Virus record (IMG/VR): IMGVR_UViG_2506381019_000003
Span: 1-19,118 of that record
DNA: 19,118 nucleotides
Reading direction: 5' to 3' (one strand)
Source: a virus
Taxonomy: Duplodnaviria > Heunggongvirae > Uroviricota > Caudoviricetes
The notes beneath the pieces were generated by a model. That model did no database searches, was not told the origin of the DNA, and was given only the letters and a program-made list of their open reading frames with translations. Below, one piece after another: positions 12,469 to 19,118 of this stretch; within the stretch, counting starts at the first letter, position 1, and every line of letters starts with the position of its first letter. The position numbers and the translations under genes are program-made.

Positions 12469-15453
12469 CTAGGCGGCGATGCCGGCAGAGCCGCCGTTGC
12501 GGTCGGCGTGCTTGTTGAGCTCGTTGCGGATGGGGACCGCGATGTCGCGCGCGAGGCGGGCGATTCCGGCCGAGTCGGCGAAGACGTTGCCGGTGAACTG
12601 GACGTTGACCGGCGTGGAGCCGCCGCCCGCGGTGGATGTGACCGCCCCGGCGGGTGCGGGCCCTACCGCGTTCATGGCCAGGTCGGCCAGTGCCGGCGCC
12701 ACCTGTGAGAGGTAGGTGGCGACCTGCGGCCACTTGGCTTGCAGGCCGTCGAGCAGGGACGACATGATCGCCCCGCCGGCGGGGATGAGCAGCTGCCGGT
12801 CGTAGGGCAGGGGGCCCTTCAGATCCTTGATCTTGCTGCCGAGGCCGCCGACCCAGCCTGAGACGGTCTTCCAGCCCTCTTTGAGGCCGCCGAAGAGGCC
12901 GTTCATGATCGCTTTGCCGGCGTCGACCAGCCACCGACTCGCGTCCGCGAACAAGCCGGTGATCTTGGCGCCGAGGCCGGCGAACCAGCCGACGATCCCC
13001 CCGACCGCCTGACCGACCGTGCCGACCAGCGCGGTCAGGACGCCGATCATGATGCGGATCGCGCCGACACCCACCGTGATCGCCGCCGTCAAAATGTTCT
13101 GTACCGTCAAAGCCAAGTTGACGATGATTTGCGTGAGCGGAACAATGATCGGCATTAGCGCGTTGAGGAGCTGAACGACCAATTCCGCGATAACCGAAAT
13201 CAAGGGCACGAAAGCCAGGTAAAGCTGCAGGAAAGCCGGTATCAAAGGCAGCAAAGTAGGTAGGAGCTGAACGACCGCGTCAACGATGGCAAACAGTGCC
13301 GGGCTGGCTTCCTGTAGGGCGATAACCAGTTGATCGGCGAGAGTCTGCGCCATCTGGATGATCACCGGTATGATCGGCTGCAAACCGACCAGCAGTCGGG
13401 AAAGCAATTCACCGGCGATCATTACGATGGGGCCTATCAGCTGCAGGAAGACCCCGACCAGCTGACCGACCATCGGGAGAAGTGGTGCTATCGCAACAAA
13501 GACCTTGCCGAGCGCCTGAGCGATCATGAAGATCGTCGGTTCGAGCGCCTTCATGATCTCCGAAAGGCCCTTACCGAAGGCCACCGCCAACTGCCCGACC
13601 GGCTTCGCCAATTCGGTGAGAGCGGGGCCCATCAGCCCGACCGCGCCCAGGATCTTCAGGAACGGACCGAGGGGGCCGGTCGCGAAAAGCATGAAGATGG
13701 GCATCAGTTCCGTGAACATCGGCGCAAGCTGCTGGATGCTGGGTAGCAGCTGCTCAAGCACCTTGAACACGGTCTCAAGGGCGGAACCGAGAGTTCCGGA
13801 GAAAGCTGCCGCCAGCTGGCGGACAATCTCAAGGACGGCCTTGTTCTCCGTGAATCTGAGAAACGCGGAAGAGAGCGACTCCAGCGTGTTGAGGACACCG
13901 CCGCCGCTACTCGAAAAGGCACCGAGAAGGTTCCCGAAACCCTTGCCGATGTCTTCGACGATCCTGCCCAGCTGCTTCAGGTTGAGGACAGCTGTCTCGA
14001 TCCACCCGGTCATATCGCCGCTTTGGTTCGCGCGATCCGCCCAGTCGGTGAACCTGCCGGTGATTATGAGCAGGGAGTTGGACATTTCTCGGAGGATCGG
14101 TGCCCCTGCCGCACCTATCGAGAACAGTCCGCGGACAACGTTGCCGAGGGCGCCGAACAGGTTGCCGGTCGCTACGGCGTTGTTGTCCATGATCTTTGTC
14201 AGGTCGGCCTGGAACTGGGCCGTGGAGAACACCCTCCCGGCCTGCTCCGCCATACCGCCGATCTCCAGGGCGGTCTTCCGGATCCCCTCTTCGAGGATGG
14301 GGAGGTTCGGCAGCAGACCCTTGATGCCGGCGGTCATGCCTGGGAACATTTCCGACGCGGCCTCTTTGAGCCGGTCGAACTGCGGCTTCAGCCCGACCAG
14401 GAATTTCACGAACGCCTGCGTCTTCGCCGGCAGGTCTTTCAGTGCATCGGCGTAGGCGTCGACACCGCCGGCGGCCGAGGCCGCGGACTGCTCGCGGGCG
14501 GACTGCAGGCTGCGCTCCGCCTGCTCGACCGCGTGCAGCGCGTCCCGGACGCTGCGCTGCCCGTCGAGCTGCGTCTCTACGATGGCGGCGGCCGACTCCT
14601 GCACACGCTCCTGTGCGGCGACGACCTCGTCCGAACCGTCGACGCCCTTCGCGGTCGCGTCGGCCAGTTCGGCCTTGTTCTTCCCGATCTCCTCGCGGGT
14701 GTCAGCAAGGGCGTTTTTCGCCCTTTCATAGCCGAGGATGGCCCGCTCACGGTCGTCCGCGGTGGATGTGCCGGACCCCTGCACCCGGGCGAGCTCGCGT
14801 TCGGCATCCCGCAGTGACAGCGCCGCTTCCCGCTCGTCGAGGCTGCCCCGCTCGACTTCCCGGCGCAGATCCTCCAACCGCTGCAGCGCGTCCTCACGGG
14901 CCCGGTTCAGGTCCCGCTGCGCGGCGGCGGCTTCCCGCTGGGCCGAGACGTTGTTCCGCTCCGCCTGCTGCATCGCCTCGGCTGCCCGCTCACGCGACAG
15001 CATCAGCGACCATTCGGCGTCTTTGATCGCCTGCGCGCGCTGCTTGGCTGCGGCGGCCGTGTCCCCGCCGCCGCCACCACCGCCGCCGCCCTTGGCCGCT
15101 TTCATGCCGGCGGACAGGGCGGATCCGACCCCGCTGAAAGCGAGCTTCAGCGTGCCGAAGGCCTGCGCGAGACCCATCACGGCGGGCACCGCGAGCAGCG
15201 CCGCGGGGGCGATCGACCCGAGGACGGCGCCGGCACCGGAAAGGGTCTGCAGCGCCGACGCGGCGGCGCCGGCGTAGGAGACGATCGACCCGAGGCCCTG
15301 GCCGAACATTTTGAACATCGAGCCGGCCGAGGTGAGTCCGCGCGTGAACCTGGACGTGTCCAGGTCCAAGGTGGCGAACAGCCTGCCGACGTTGACCCCA
15401 CCCCCGCCGGAGCGGGTGAACCGGCCACGGGCATCACGCGCCTGCCCTGCCAT
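12469..15453 (-). CDS. Tape measure protein
   Basis: 994 aa directly after the chaperone genes. VGRLFATLDLD N-terminus, coiled-coil region, long amphipathic Ile/Leu/Pro/Trp repeats, GPLPYDRQLLIPAG motif. GGGAGG RBS. Confidence 0.96.
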   Translation of the reverse strand: MAGQARDARGRFTRSGGGGVNVGRLFATLDLDTSRFTRGLTSAGSMFKMFGQGLGSIVSYAGAAASALQTLSGAGAVLGSIAPAALLAVPAVMGLAQAFGTLKLAFSGVGSALSAGMKAAKGGGGGGGGGDTAAAAKQRAQAIKDAEWSLMLSRERAAEAMQQAERNNVSAQREAAAAQRDLNRAREDALQRLEDLRREVERGSLDEREAALSLRDAERELARVQGSGTSTADDRERAILGYERAKNALADTREEIGKNKAELADATAKGVDGSDEVVAAQERVQESAAAIVETQLDGQRSVRDALHAVEQAERSLQSAREQSAASAAGGVDAYADALKDLPAKTQAFVKFLVGLKPQFDRLKEAASEMFPGMTAGIKGLLPNLPILEEGIRKTALEIGGMAEQAGRVFSTAQFQADLTKIMDNNAVATGNLFGALGNVVRGLFSIGAAGAPILREMSNSLLIITGRFTDWADRANQSGDMTGWIETAVLNLKQLGRIVEDIGKGFGNLLGAFSSSGGGVLNTLESLSSAFLRFTENKAVLEIVRQLAAAFSGTLGSALETVFKVLEQLLPSIQQLAPMFTELMPIFMLFATGPLGPFLKILGAVGLMGPALTELAKPVGQLAVAFGKGLSEIMKALEPTIFMIAQALGKVFVAIAPLLPMVGQLVGVFLQLIGPIVMIAGELLSRLLVGLQPIIPVIIQMAQTLADQLVIALQEASPALFAIVDAVVQLLPTLLPLIPAFLQLYLAFVPLISVIAELVVQLLNALMPIIVPLTQIIVNLALTVQNILTAAITVGVGAIRIMIGVLTALVGTVGQAVGGIVGWFAGLGAKITGLFADASRWLVDAGKAIMNGLFGGLKEGWKTVSGWVGGLGSKIKDLKGPLPYDRQLLIPAGGAIMSSLLDGLQAKWPQVATYLSQVAPALADLAMNAVGPAPAGAVTSTAGGGSTPVNVQFTGNVFADSAGIARLARDIAVPIRNELNKHADRNGGSAGIAA

Positions 15454-15473
15454 GGGATACCTCCCGGGTCAGG

Positions 15474-16162
15474 TCACATGCGTGTGGAGATCAGATGGCG
15501 GATGGCGTCGTCGTCGCGGAGCACCTTGGGTGCCCGGCGGACCATCTGCCGGTACACCGCATCCGGCGACAGGCCGCCGAGAAGCCAGCAGAAATGCCGC
15601 CAGGACAGGCCGGCTATCTCCGACGCGCTGAGGTGGTACTCGCGCGCGAAGTCCGCGACGACGAACGGCCAGAAGCGGATCCACGGGGGCTGTTCGCCGC
15701 GCGGCGCTCCGCCCGGTTGGTAGGGCGGGCGGCGTTCTGCTCGGCAACGAGCTCCGCGGCCTCGGCGAACGTCACCCGCCTACCGGCGCCGTTGGCCATG
15801 CCCCACGCGCAGATGACGGGGAACTGGTTCGACGTGATCCCGGCGTCGATCCACTGCTCGAACACGTCCGCGCCGAAGATCAGCGTGACGACACGGTCAA
15901 CGTCGTCGCTGGTCAGCTGGCCCGCGTCCCGCTGAACGATGGCCTCCACTTCCAGCGGCAGATCGGTCGGGACTTCGACCTCCACGCCGAGGATCCGCGC
16001 GCGGCGGACCTCCGGCTCGACACCGTGCTCGGCCCAGTAGACGTCAAAGTCTTCGATCTCGTCCCGGTCGTCCCGGTCGTCCCGGTCAGAGGGTTCGATC
16101 TCGTCCGGGTCGACTCGCGTCTCGTCGTCGTCGCCCACCACGCGGCCCGCGTTGCGGTTCAC
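15474..16162 (-). CDS. Tail assembly chaperone, -1 frameshift-extended form (GT-like), about 229 aa
   Basis: The -1 frame is open from 15779 to the stop at 15474 and has no ATG/GTG/TTG before WIRFWPFVVADFAREYHLSASEIAGLSWRHFCWLLGGLSPDAVYRQM, a typical chaperone extension domain. Confidence 0.75.
15614..16162 (-). CDS. Tail assembly chaperone (G-like), 182 aa
   Basis: GTG 16162 overlaps the tail tube gene stop (GTGA). DFDVYWAE...ILGVEVEVPTDLPL...LFG-like pattern and NRAERRA followed by a Ser/Arg-rich tail. Lies between the major tail and tape measure genes. Confidence 0.88.
   Translation of the reverse strand: MNRNAGRVVGDDDETRVDPDEIEPSDRDDRDDRDEIEDFDVYWAEHGVEPEVRRARILGVEVEVPTDLPLEVEAIVQRDAGQLTSDDVDRVVTLIFGADVFEQWIDAGITSNQFPVICAWGMANGAGRRVTFAEAAELVAEQNAARPTNRAERRAANSPRGSASGRSSSRTSRASTTSARRR
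15720..15725 (-). promoter_or_regulatory. Candidate -1 frameshift site CCCTAC (CGC CCT ACC, R-P-T)
   Basis: No XXXYYYZ heptamer lies in the permitted window 15779 to about 15690. P-site CCT could re-pair to CCC. Alternative site: AGC CCC CGT at 15685-15690. Confidence 0.45.
16059..16087. repeat. 9-bp tandem repeat (TCGTCCCGG)x3 encoding DRD repeats in the chaperone N-terminus
   Basis: Read directly from the sequence. Confidence 0.85.
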
Positions 16163-16611
16163 GGGGCACTCGCCGTCGTGCTCGCGCCGGTGCGGGTGAA
16201 CGTGCATGACCAGCCGGTCATGTCGTTGTTGCCGCCGCCCTGCTCCCCGATGGAGACGATGACGTCCCAGATCTTCCAGACGCTTTCCATCGGGTGGCGG
16301 AAGCGGATCCGGCCTACCGAGTCTTCGGCGAGGCTGTCGGCGAGAACTTCGATGCGGGCCTGGCCGGCGTCCTGGACCCCTGTCGCATGGTCCTTGATCA
16401 TCTTGCCTTCGCCGGCCATCGACTTGCCGATCTGCATCTTGCGCGACTCCGCGTTGCCGTTGGAGTCGTAGGTCGTGGTGTCGGTGGTCTCCTCACCCTC
16501 GGCCGGGTTGACCGTCCATGAGGTGATGCCCTTGACGGGCAGATAGGTGGACCCGTCCGCGGCCCTGACCTGCACGATCAGGCTCCGCGCCGGGATCTGG
16601 ATAGCTGTCAT
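16159..16611 (-). CDS. Major tail (tube) protein
   Basis: 150 aa. KGITSWTV...ETTDTTTYDSNGNAE...DAGQARIE...RIRF...GEQGGGNNDMTGWSCTFTRTG pattern of actinophage tail tube proteins; position before the chaperones. Confidence 0.9.
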   Translation of the reverse strand: MTAIQIPARSLIVQVRAADGSTYLPVKGITSWTVNPAEGEETTDTTTYDSNGNAESRKMQIGKSMAGEGKMIKDHATGVQDAGQARIEVLADSLAEDSVGRIRFRHPMESVWKIWDVIVSIGEQGGGNNDMTGWSCTFTRTGASTTASAP

Positions 16612-16620
16612 GCCGGCTCC

Positions 16621-16652
16621 AGAAACGCGAAAACCCCGCCAGGTGGCGGGGT
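16621..16652 (-). terminator. Intrinsic terminator-like hairpin upstream of the major tail gene
   Basis: Minus strand ACCCCGCC-acct-GGCGGGGT followed by TTTCGCGTTTCT, then GGAG RBS and ATG. Confidence 0.65.
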
Positions 16653-16681
16653 CGATGGGTGGAGAGGGGGAAGGGAGGGGG

Positions 16682-17110
16682 CTAGTAGCGGTGCGCGGTT
16701 GGCGCGGCGATGTCGCAGGTCACCGTGATGACCCACTGCCAACGTCCGGACTCGTCCGGAGCGGACGGGATCGGCTGGCCGTCGCACACCGCCAGGCCGA
16801 GCCAGGTGCCATCGGGCAGCGTCAGGTTTTCCAGGCCCTGCAGCGCCGAATAGCAGTCCTTGGCGATCTGCCATGAGGTCCGCGGGTCACGGTCTCCCCG
16901 AACCCGGACCTGCAACCCGGGGTTGTCCCAGGGCAGTGCGCTGTCCGAATGGCCGCCGGTGGCGGTGAGTACCGCAACCGCGAGATCCGGGGAGGTGGGG
17001 AGCTGCTCGACTGTCACACCGATCTGGGTGTCCGCGTAGATGCCGCCCGGCTCCCAGCTCAGGCCGGGGACGGTGGTGCCGAGCAGCTCGGCGACACCCG
17101 CGGACAGCAT
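16682..17110 (-). CDS. Tail terminator / tail completion protein (A118 gp11-like minor capsid family)
   Basis: 142 aa. PDLAVAV...NPGLQVRVRG...AKDCYSALQGL...LPDGT...DESGRW pattern; directly before the tail tube gene. Confidence 0.85.
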   Translation of the reverse strand: MLSAGVAELLGTTVPGLSWEPGGIYADTQIGVTVEQLPTSPDLAVAVLTATGGHSDSALPWDNPGLQVRVRGDRDPRTSWQIAKDCYSALQGLENLTLPDGTWLGLAVCDGQPIPSAPDESGRWQWVITVTCDIAAPTAHRY

Positions 17111-17454
17111 CAGGTCGCCCGGCCCAGATCGACCACCCCGACGACGACGGTTGTCGACGACGACAGGTCGATGTACACGTAGCCGTCGTTCTGCCGGTAG
17201 ATGCTGGCCCGGGTGTCGATCAGCCGGGACGCGCCGGCTGCGACGGTCACGGTCCGGTCGGGGACGGTCAGGCCGTCGACGGTGCCGTTGGCTCGCACGG
17301 TGACCGTGATCGACGCCCCGGAACCGTTGCGGACGCAGAACATCCGCGATGTCGAGTACGTGAACTGGTGCCCGTTGGCTGCGTCCCCGGACGACGGGAA
17401 CGGGTCGACGCCCGTAGGGGTGAGAGTGCCCGCGGAAATGTCGGTGCGCGCCAT
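17110..17454 (-). CDS. Small beta-rich virion protein (decoration/Ig-like family)
   Basis: Start moved to ATG 17454 (GAGGAG RBS). 114 aa. MART...GDAANGHQF...VRNGSGASITVTV...VDGLTVPDRTVTVAAG...DGYVYIDLSS pattern seen in phage structural regions. Confidence 0.75.
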   Translation of the reverse strand: MARTDISAGTLTPTGVDPFPSSGDAANGHQFTYSTSRMFCVRNGSGASITVTVRANGTVDGLTVPDRTVTVAAGASRLIDTRASIYRQNDGYVYIDLSSSTTVVVGVVDLGRAT

Positions 17455-17467
17455 GGCGGTGAGCTCC

Positions 17468-17800
17468 TCACTGGAGGGTGATTTCGAGGTGATCGGGGGT
17501 GGGGAGACCTCCGCCGTCACGGCGGTTGGAGGTGAGGACCCGCGCCCGGGGCGCCATCACCGACCCGTCGGCCGCGAAGATCGTCACCATCGACTCGGCC
17601 GGGCAGACGGTGCCCAGCGAAAACCACACGGTGGTGTTCGCGGTGACCCGTTTCGACTCGCGGTCGACGGTGAGGGTGCGCCGGTGCTCGGCGAAGCAGC
17701 GGACCGTCACCGCGGGGCCGTGTACCGGGCCGTACGCGCCGGCCCCCTGGTAGGGCTCGATCGCCGCGGTGAACCGCAGCAGGAACTCAGGCAGATCCAC
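17468..17800 (-). CDS. Head-to-tail stopper (head closure)
   Basis: 110 aa. IEPYQGAGAYGPVHG...VRCF...RRDGGGLPTPDHLEITL pattern; GGGGAG RBS. Confidence 0.85.
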   Translation of the reverse strand: MDLPEFLLRFTAAIEPYQGAGAYGPVHGPAVTVRCFAEHRRTLTVDRESKRVTANTTVWFSLGTVCPAESMVTIFAADGSVMAPRARVLTSNRRDGGGLPTPDHLEITLQ

Positions 17801-18006
17801 GGGGCTCCCCTGTGTCGCCGGTCACTGGTTGGGGGCTGGCCGCCGCGGGCGCACATACAACCCGGGGCGCCCGCCGGCGGTACCGTGGGCGGCGAAAGCG
17901 CGGCCGAGTCCTGCTAGCGGGCGAAACGGGTCCGAGGCCTCGCCTGGGCAGCACGGTCGACACAGCGAGGACCCCGCCGTGGCCGGCCGCCCGCGATGGG
18001 AGTGGC

Positions 18007-18456
18007 ATGGAAGAGGCCGCCGCGCCGACGTCCTGGTGCGGACATCCAGACCCGCACGCCGCACACGGTGACTGCGTGGGTGTCGCGCGCGCGATCTGGC
18101 TCCCTGGCGGTCAGGTGTGGCTCGAACCCGTCACGCCCCACTTCGGCGCTTTCCCTGACGCTGCGGTGGCCAGCATTCCGAGCAGGCCCAGCCATGACGA
18201 TCTCGCCCGCGCGTATCGCCGGGGTGCCCCCTGCCTCTGCGGCTATGACGGTGAGTGGTGGCAGTGCGTCAACGGCGCCGTGTACGGACCATGCGAGGCG
18301 GAGAACTGCGGCGGCCTGTGCCAGTACACGGGGGGCTGCCCCTGCCCCTGCCACTCACCCCGTGGTGATCGGGTAGAGCGGGAGGAGCCCGGCGGCCCGA
18401 AGTGTGGTGAACGCTTCGGGGGCCATCCGGTCCGCGGCGGTGGGGACACCACCTGA
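18007..18456 (+). CDS. Cys/His-rich hypothetical protein, antisense insertion (moron-like)
   Basis: GGGAG before ATG 18007. 149 aa with 12 Cys (WCGHPDPHAAHGDC; CLC...C...C...C...C...CPCPCH). Plus-frame codons have high GC3 in the Cys cluster. The last 102 nt overlap the adaptor gene 3' end. Confidence 0.62.
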   Translation: MEEAAAPTSWCGHPDPHAAHGDCVGVARAIWLPGGQVWLEPVTPHFGAFPDAAVASIPSRPSHDDLARAYRRGAPCLCGYDGEWWQCVNGAVYGPCEAENCGGLCQYTGGCPCPCHSPRGDRVEREEPGGPKCGERFGGHPVRGGGDTT

Positions 18457-19056
18457 CGCGGCCCCACCACCCCGGGACAGCGAGACGGATCCGATCGACA
18501 TCGACGGGAAAGCCGTGGTCACCCCGTGCGGGTCACCGGTGAGGGCCCACCAGCGGACCTGCTGACAGACCGCCCGCATCAGCGCGCGGGCCACCTTCGG
18601 ATCGGTCGGGAGCTCGGTGTCTTCGTCGACGTCGTACACGGCGCCGACCAGCAGATCGTCGACCAGCTCGGAAGCATCCGACAGCTTCCGGACGACGTCG
18701 CCGGGCGGAACCTGGCCGGTTACCTGCCGATAGTCGGCAGGGGTCGCGTACACCGGCGCGTACACCGCGGTGTCGAGGAGGGAGCTTTCGACGTCCCATT
18801 CGAACCCGATCCGGTCGTGCGGGGTGGTCGTCAGGTACTCGGCGGTGTGCCGGCCGGCCGCGGTGTTGGTGTGCAGATACAGGTACGTGCCGGCGCTGGT
18901 GCGGGTGAGCCCCCCGGCCGCGACCACGATCAGTGTGCCGTCCGGCAGCTTGATCGTCAGCATGATCGACGCCGGGTCGACCAGCACGTCGGCCGCGTCC
19001 CGCACCAGCGTGCGGAGCTCGGTCACCCCACCGATCGGAAACAGGTCAGCGGCCAC
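18355..19056 (-). CDS. Head-to-tail adaptor with an N-terminal Ig-like (BppU_N-like) domain
   Basis: Start moved to GTG 19056 (GGAG RBS). 233 aa. C-terminal half YATPADY...LSDASELVD...AVYDVD...PTD...ALMRAVCQQVRWW...GD...SIGSVSL...LRAAGLL is adaptor-like. N-terminal LTIKLPDGT...TRTSAGTY...AGRH is Ig-like. Confidence 0.85.
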   Translation of the reverse strand: MAADLFPIGGVTELRTLVRDAADVLVDPASIMLTIKLPDGTLIVVAAGGLTRTSAGTYLYLHTNTAAGRHTAEYLTTTPHDRIGFEWDVESSLLDTAVYAPVYATPADYRQVTGQVPPGDVVRKLSDASELVDDLLVGAVYDVDEDTELPTDPKVARALMRAVCQQVRWWALTGDPHGVTTAFPSMSIGSVSLSRGGGAASGGVPTAADRMAPEAFTTLRAAGLLPLYPITTG

Positions 19057-19069
19057 AGCACAGCTCCAA

Positions 19070-19117
19070 TCAGACGACGGTGACGGCGAGACCACCGCGG
19101 CGACTGACCGCCGCCGC
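19070..19117 (-). CDS. Possible 3' end of the upstream head gene (truncated by the window edge)
   Basis: Open frame ...AAAVSRRGGLAVTVV* ends with TGA at 19070-19072, just before the adaptor RBS. Too short to identify. Confidence 0.25.
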   Translation of the reverse strand, partial: AAAVSRRGGLAVTVV

Positions 19118-19118
19118 G

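Larger units (their letters stand above)
1..19118. mobile_element. Temperate siphophage/prophage segment (late structural and lysis genes plus a convergent accessory module)
   Basis: Canonical neck, tail tube, chaperone, tape measure, baseplate and lysis gene order on the minus strand (4121-19056), with many GTGA/TGATG stop-start overlaps. Including 1-4001 is inferred: dnaN lacks its chromosomal neighbour recF and is followed by phage-like hypothetical genes. No boundaries or att sites are visible. Confidence 0.9.

Noticed and set aside
12469-15453. Peptidoglycan hydrolase (Rpf, lytic transglycosylase, M23) domain in the tape measure protein
   Set aside because: No catalytic motifs recognised; the protein is helical repeats throughout.
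15469-15747. 92-aa minus-strand ORF from the track as the second chaperone gene
   Set aside because: Wrong frame; the conserved-looking domain is in the -1 frame ending at 15474.
17885-17935. Hammerhead ribozyme or c-di-AMP (ydaO) riboswitch
   Set aside because: CGAAAC is present but the CUGANGA core is absent (CTGCTAG). GCCGAGTCCTG resembles a ydaO 5' end, but the GGGGTGAAT and CCGTCAGCTAAC elements are missing.
17914-18354. 146-aa minus-strand ORF starting right after the adaptor stop
   Set aside because: Same triplet register as the Cys-rich plus ORF, with many A/T third positions (GCA, GTA, GTT, CCA, ATA), so it is a shadow ORF.
1-19118. CRISPR array, tRNA/rRNA genes, integrase or att core
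   Set aside because: No regularly spaced repeats, cloverleaf motifs or recombinase ORF seen by eye; tRNAscan and repeat finders were not run.

Overview
High-GC actinobacterial temperate siphophage or prophage segment. The host is probably Frankia-like, inferred from my recollection of Frankia DnaN and not from a search. Two convergent halves meet at a large hairpin (4022-4114). The minus strand (19056 to 4121) is a late operon, in this order: Ig-fused head-tail adaptor, stopper, small beta-rich protein, tail terminator, major tail protein, tail assembly chaperone with a probable non-canonical -1 frameshift, 994-aa tape measure protein, SGNH esterase/LamG tail protein, large hub/LamG protein, two paralogous tail proteins, then a lysis cassette (two membrane proteins, amidase endolysin, papain-like protease, holin). 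The plus strand (1-4001) is an accessory module and the most interesting part. It holds a second host-like beta sliding clamp and a gene whose motifs match the AcrVA2/FinQ family but lack its C-terminal motif, behind a candidate leaderless promoter with a palindromic operator. It also holds an AT-rich promoter bracketed by perfect 14-bp inverted repeats (invertible-switch geometry), a triple zinc-finger protein, and an HTH/AT-hook protein fused in frame to a small second ORF. A Cys-rich antisense gene is inserted in the neck module. No integrase, att site, tRNA, rRNA or CRISPR array is visible. All family assignments come from motif recognition; no database searches were run.
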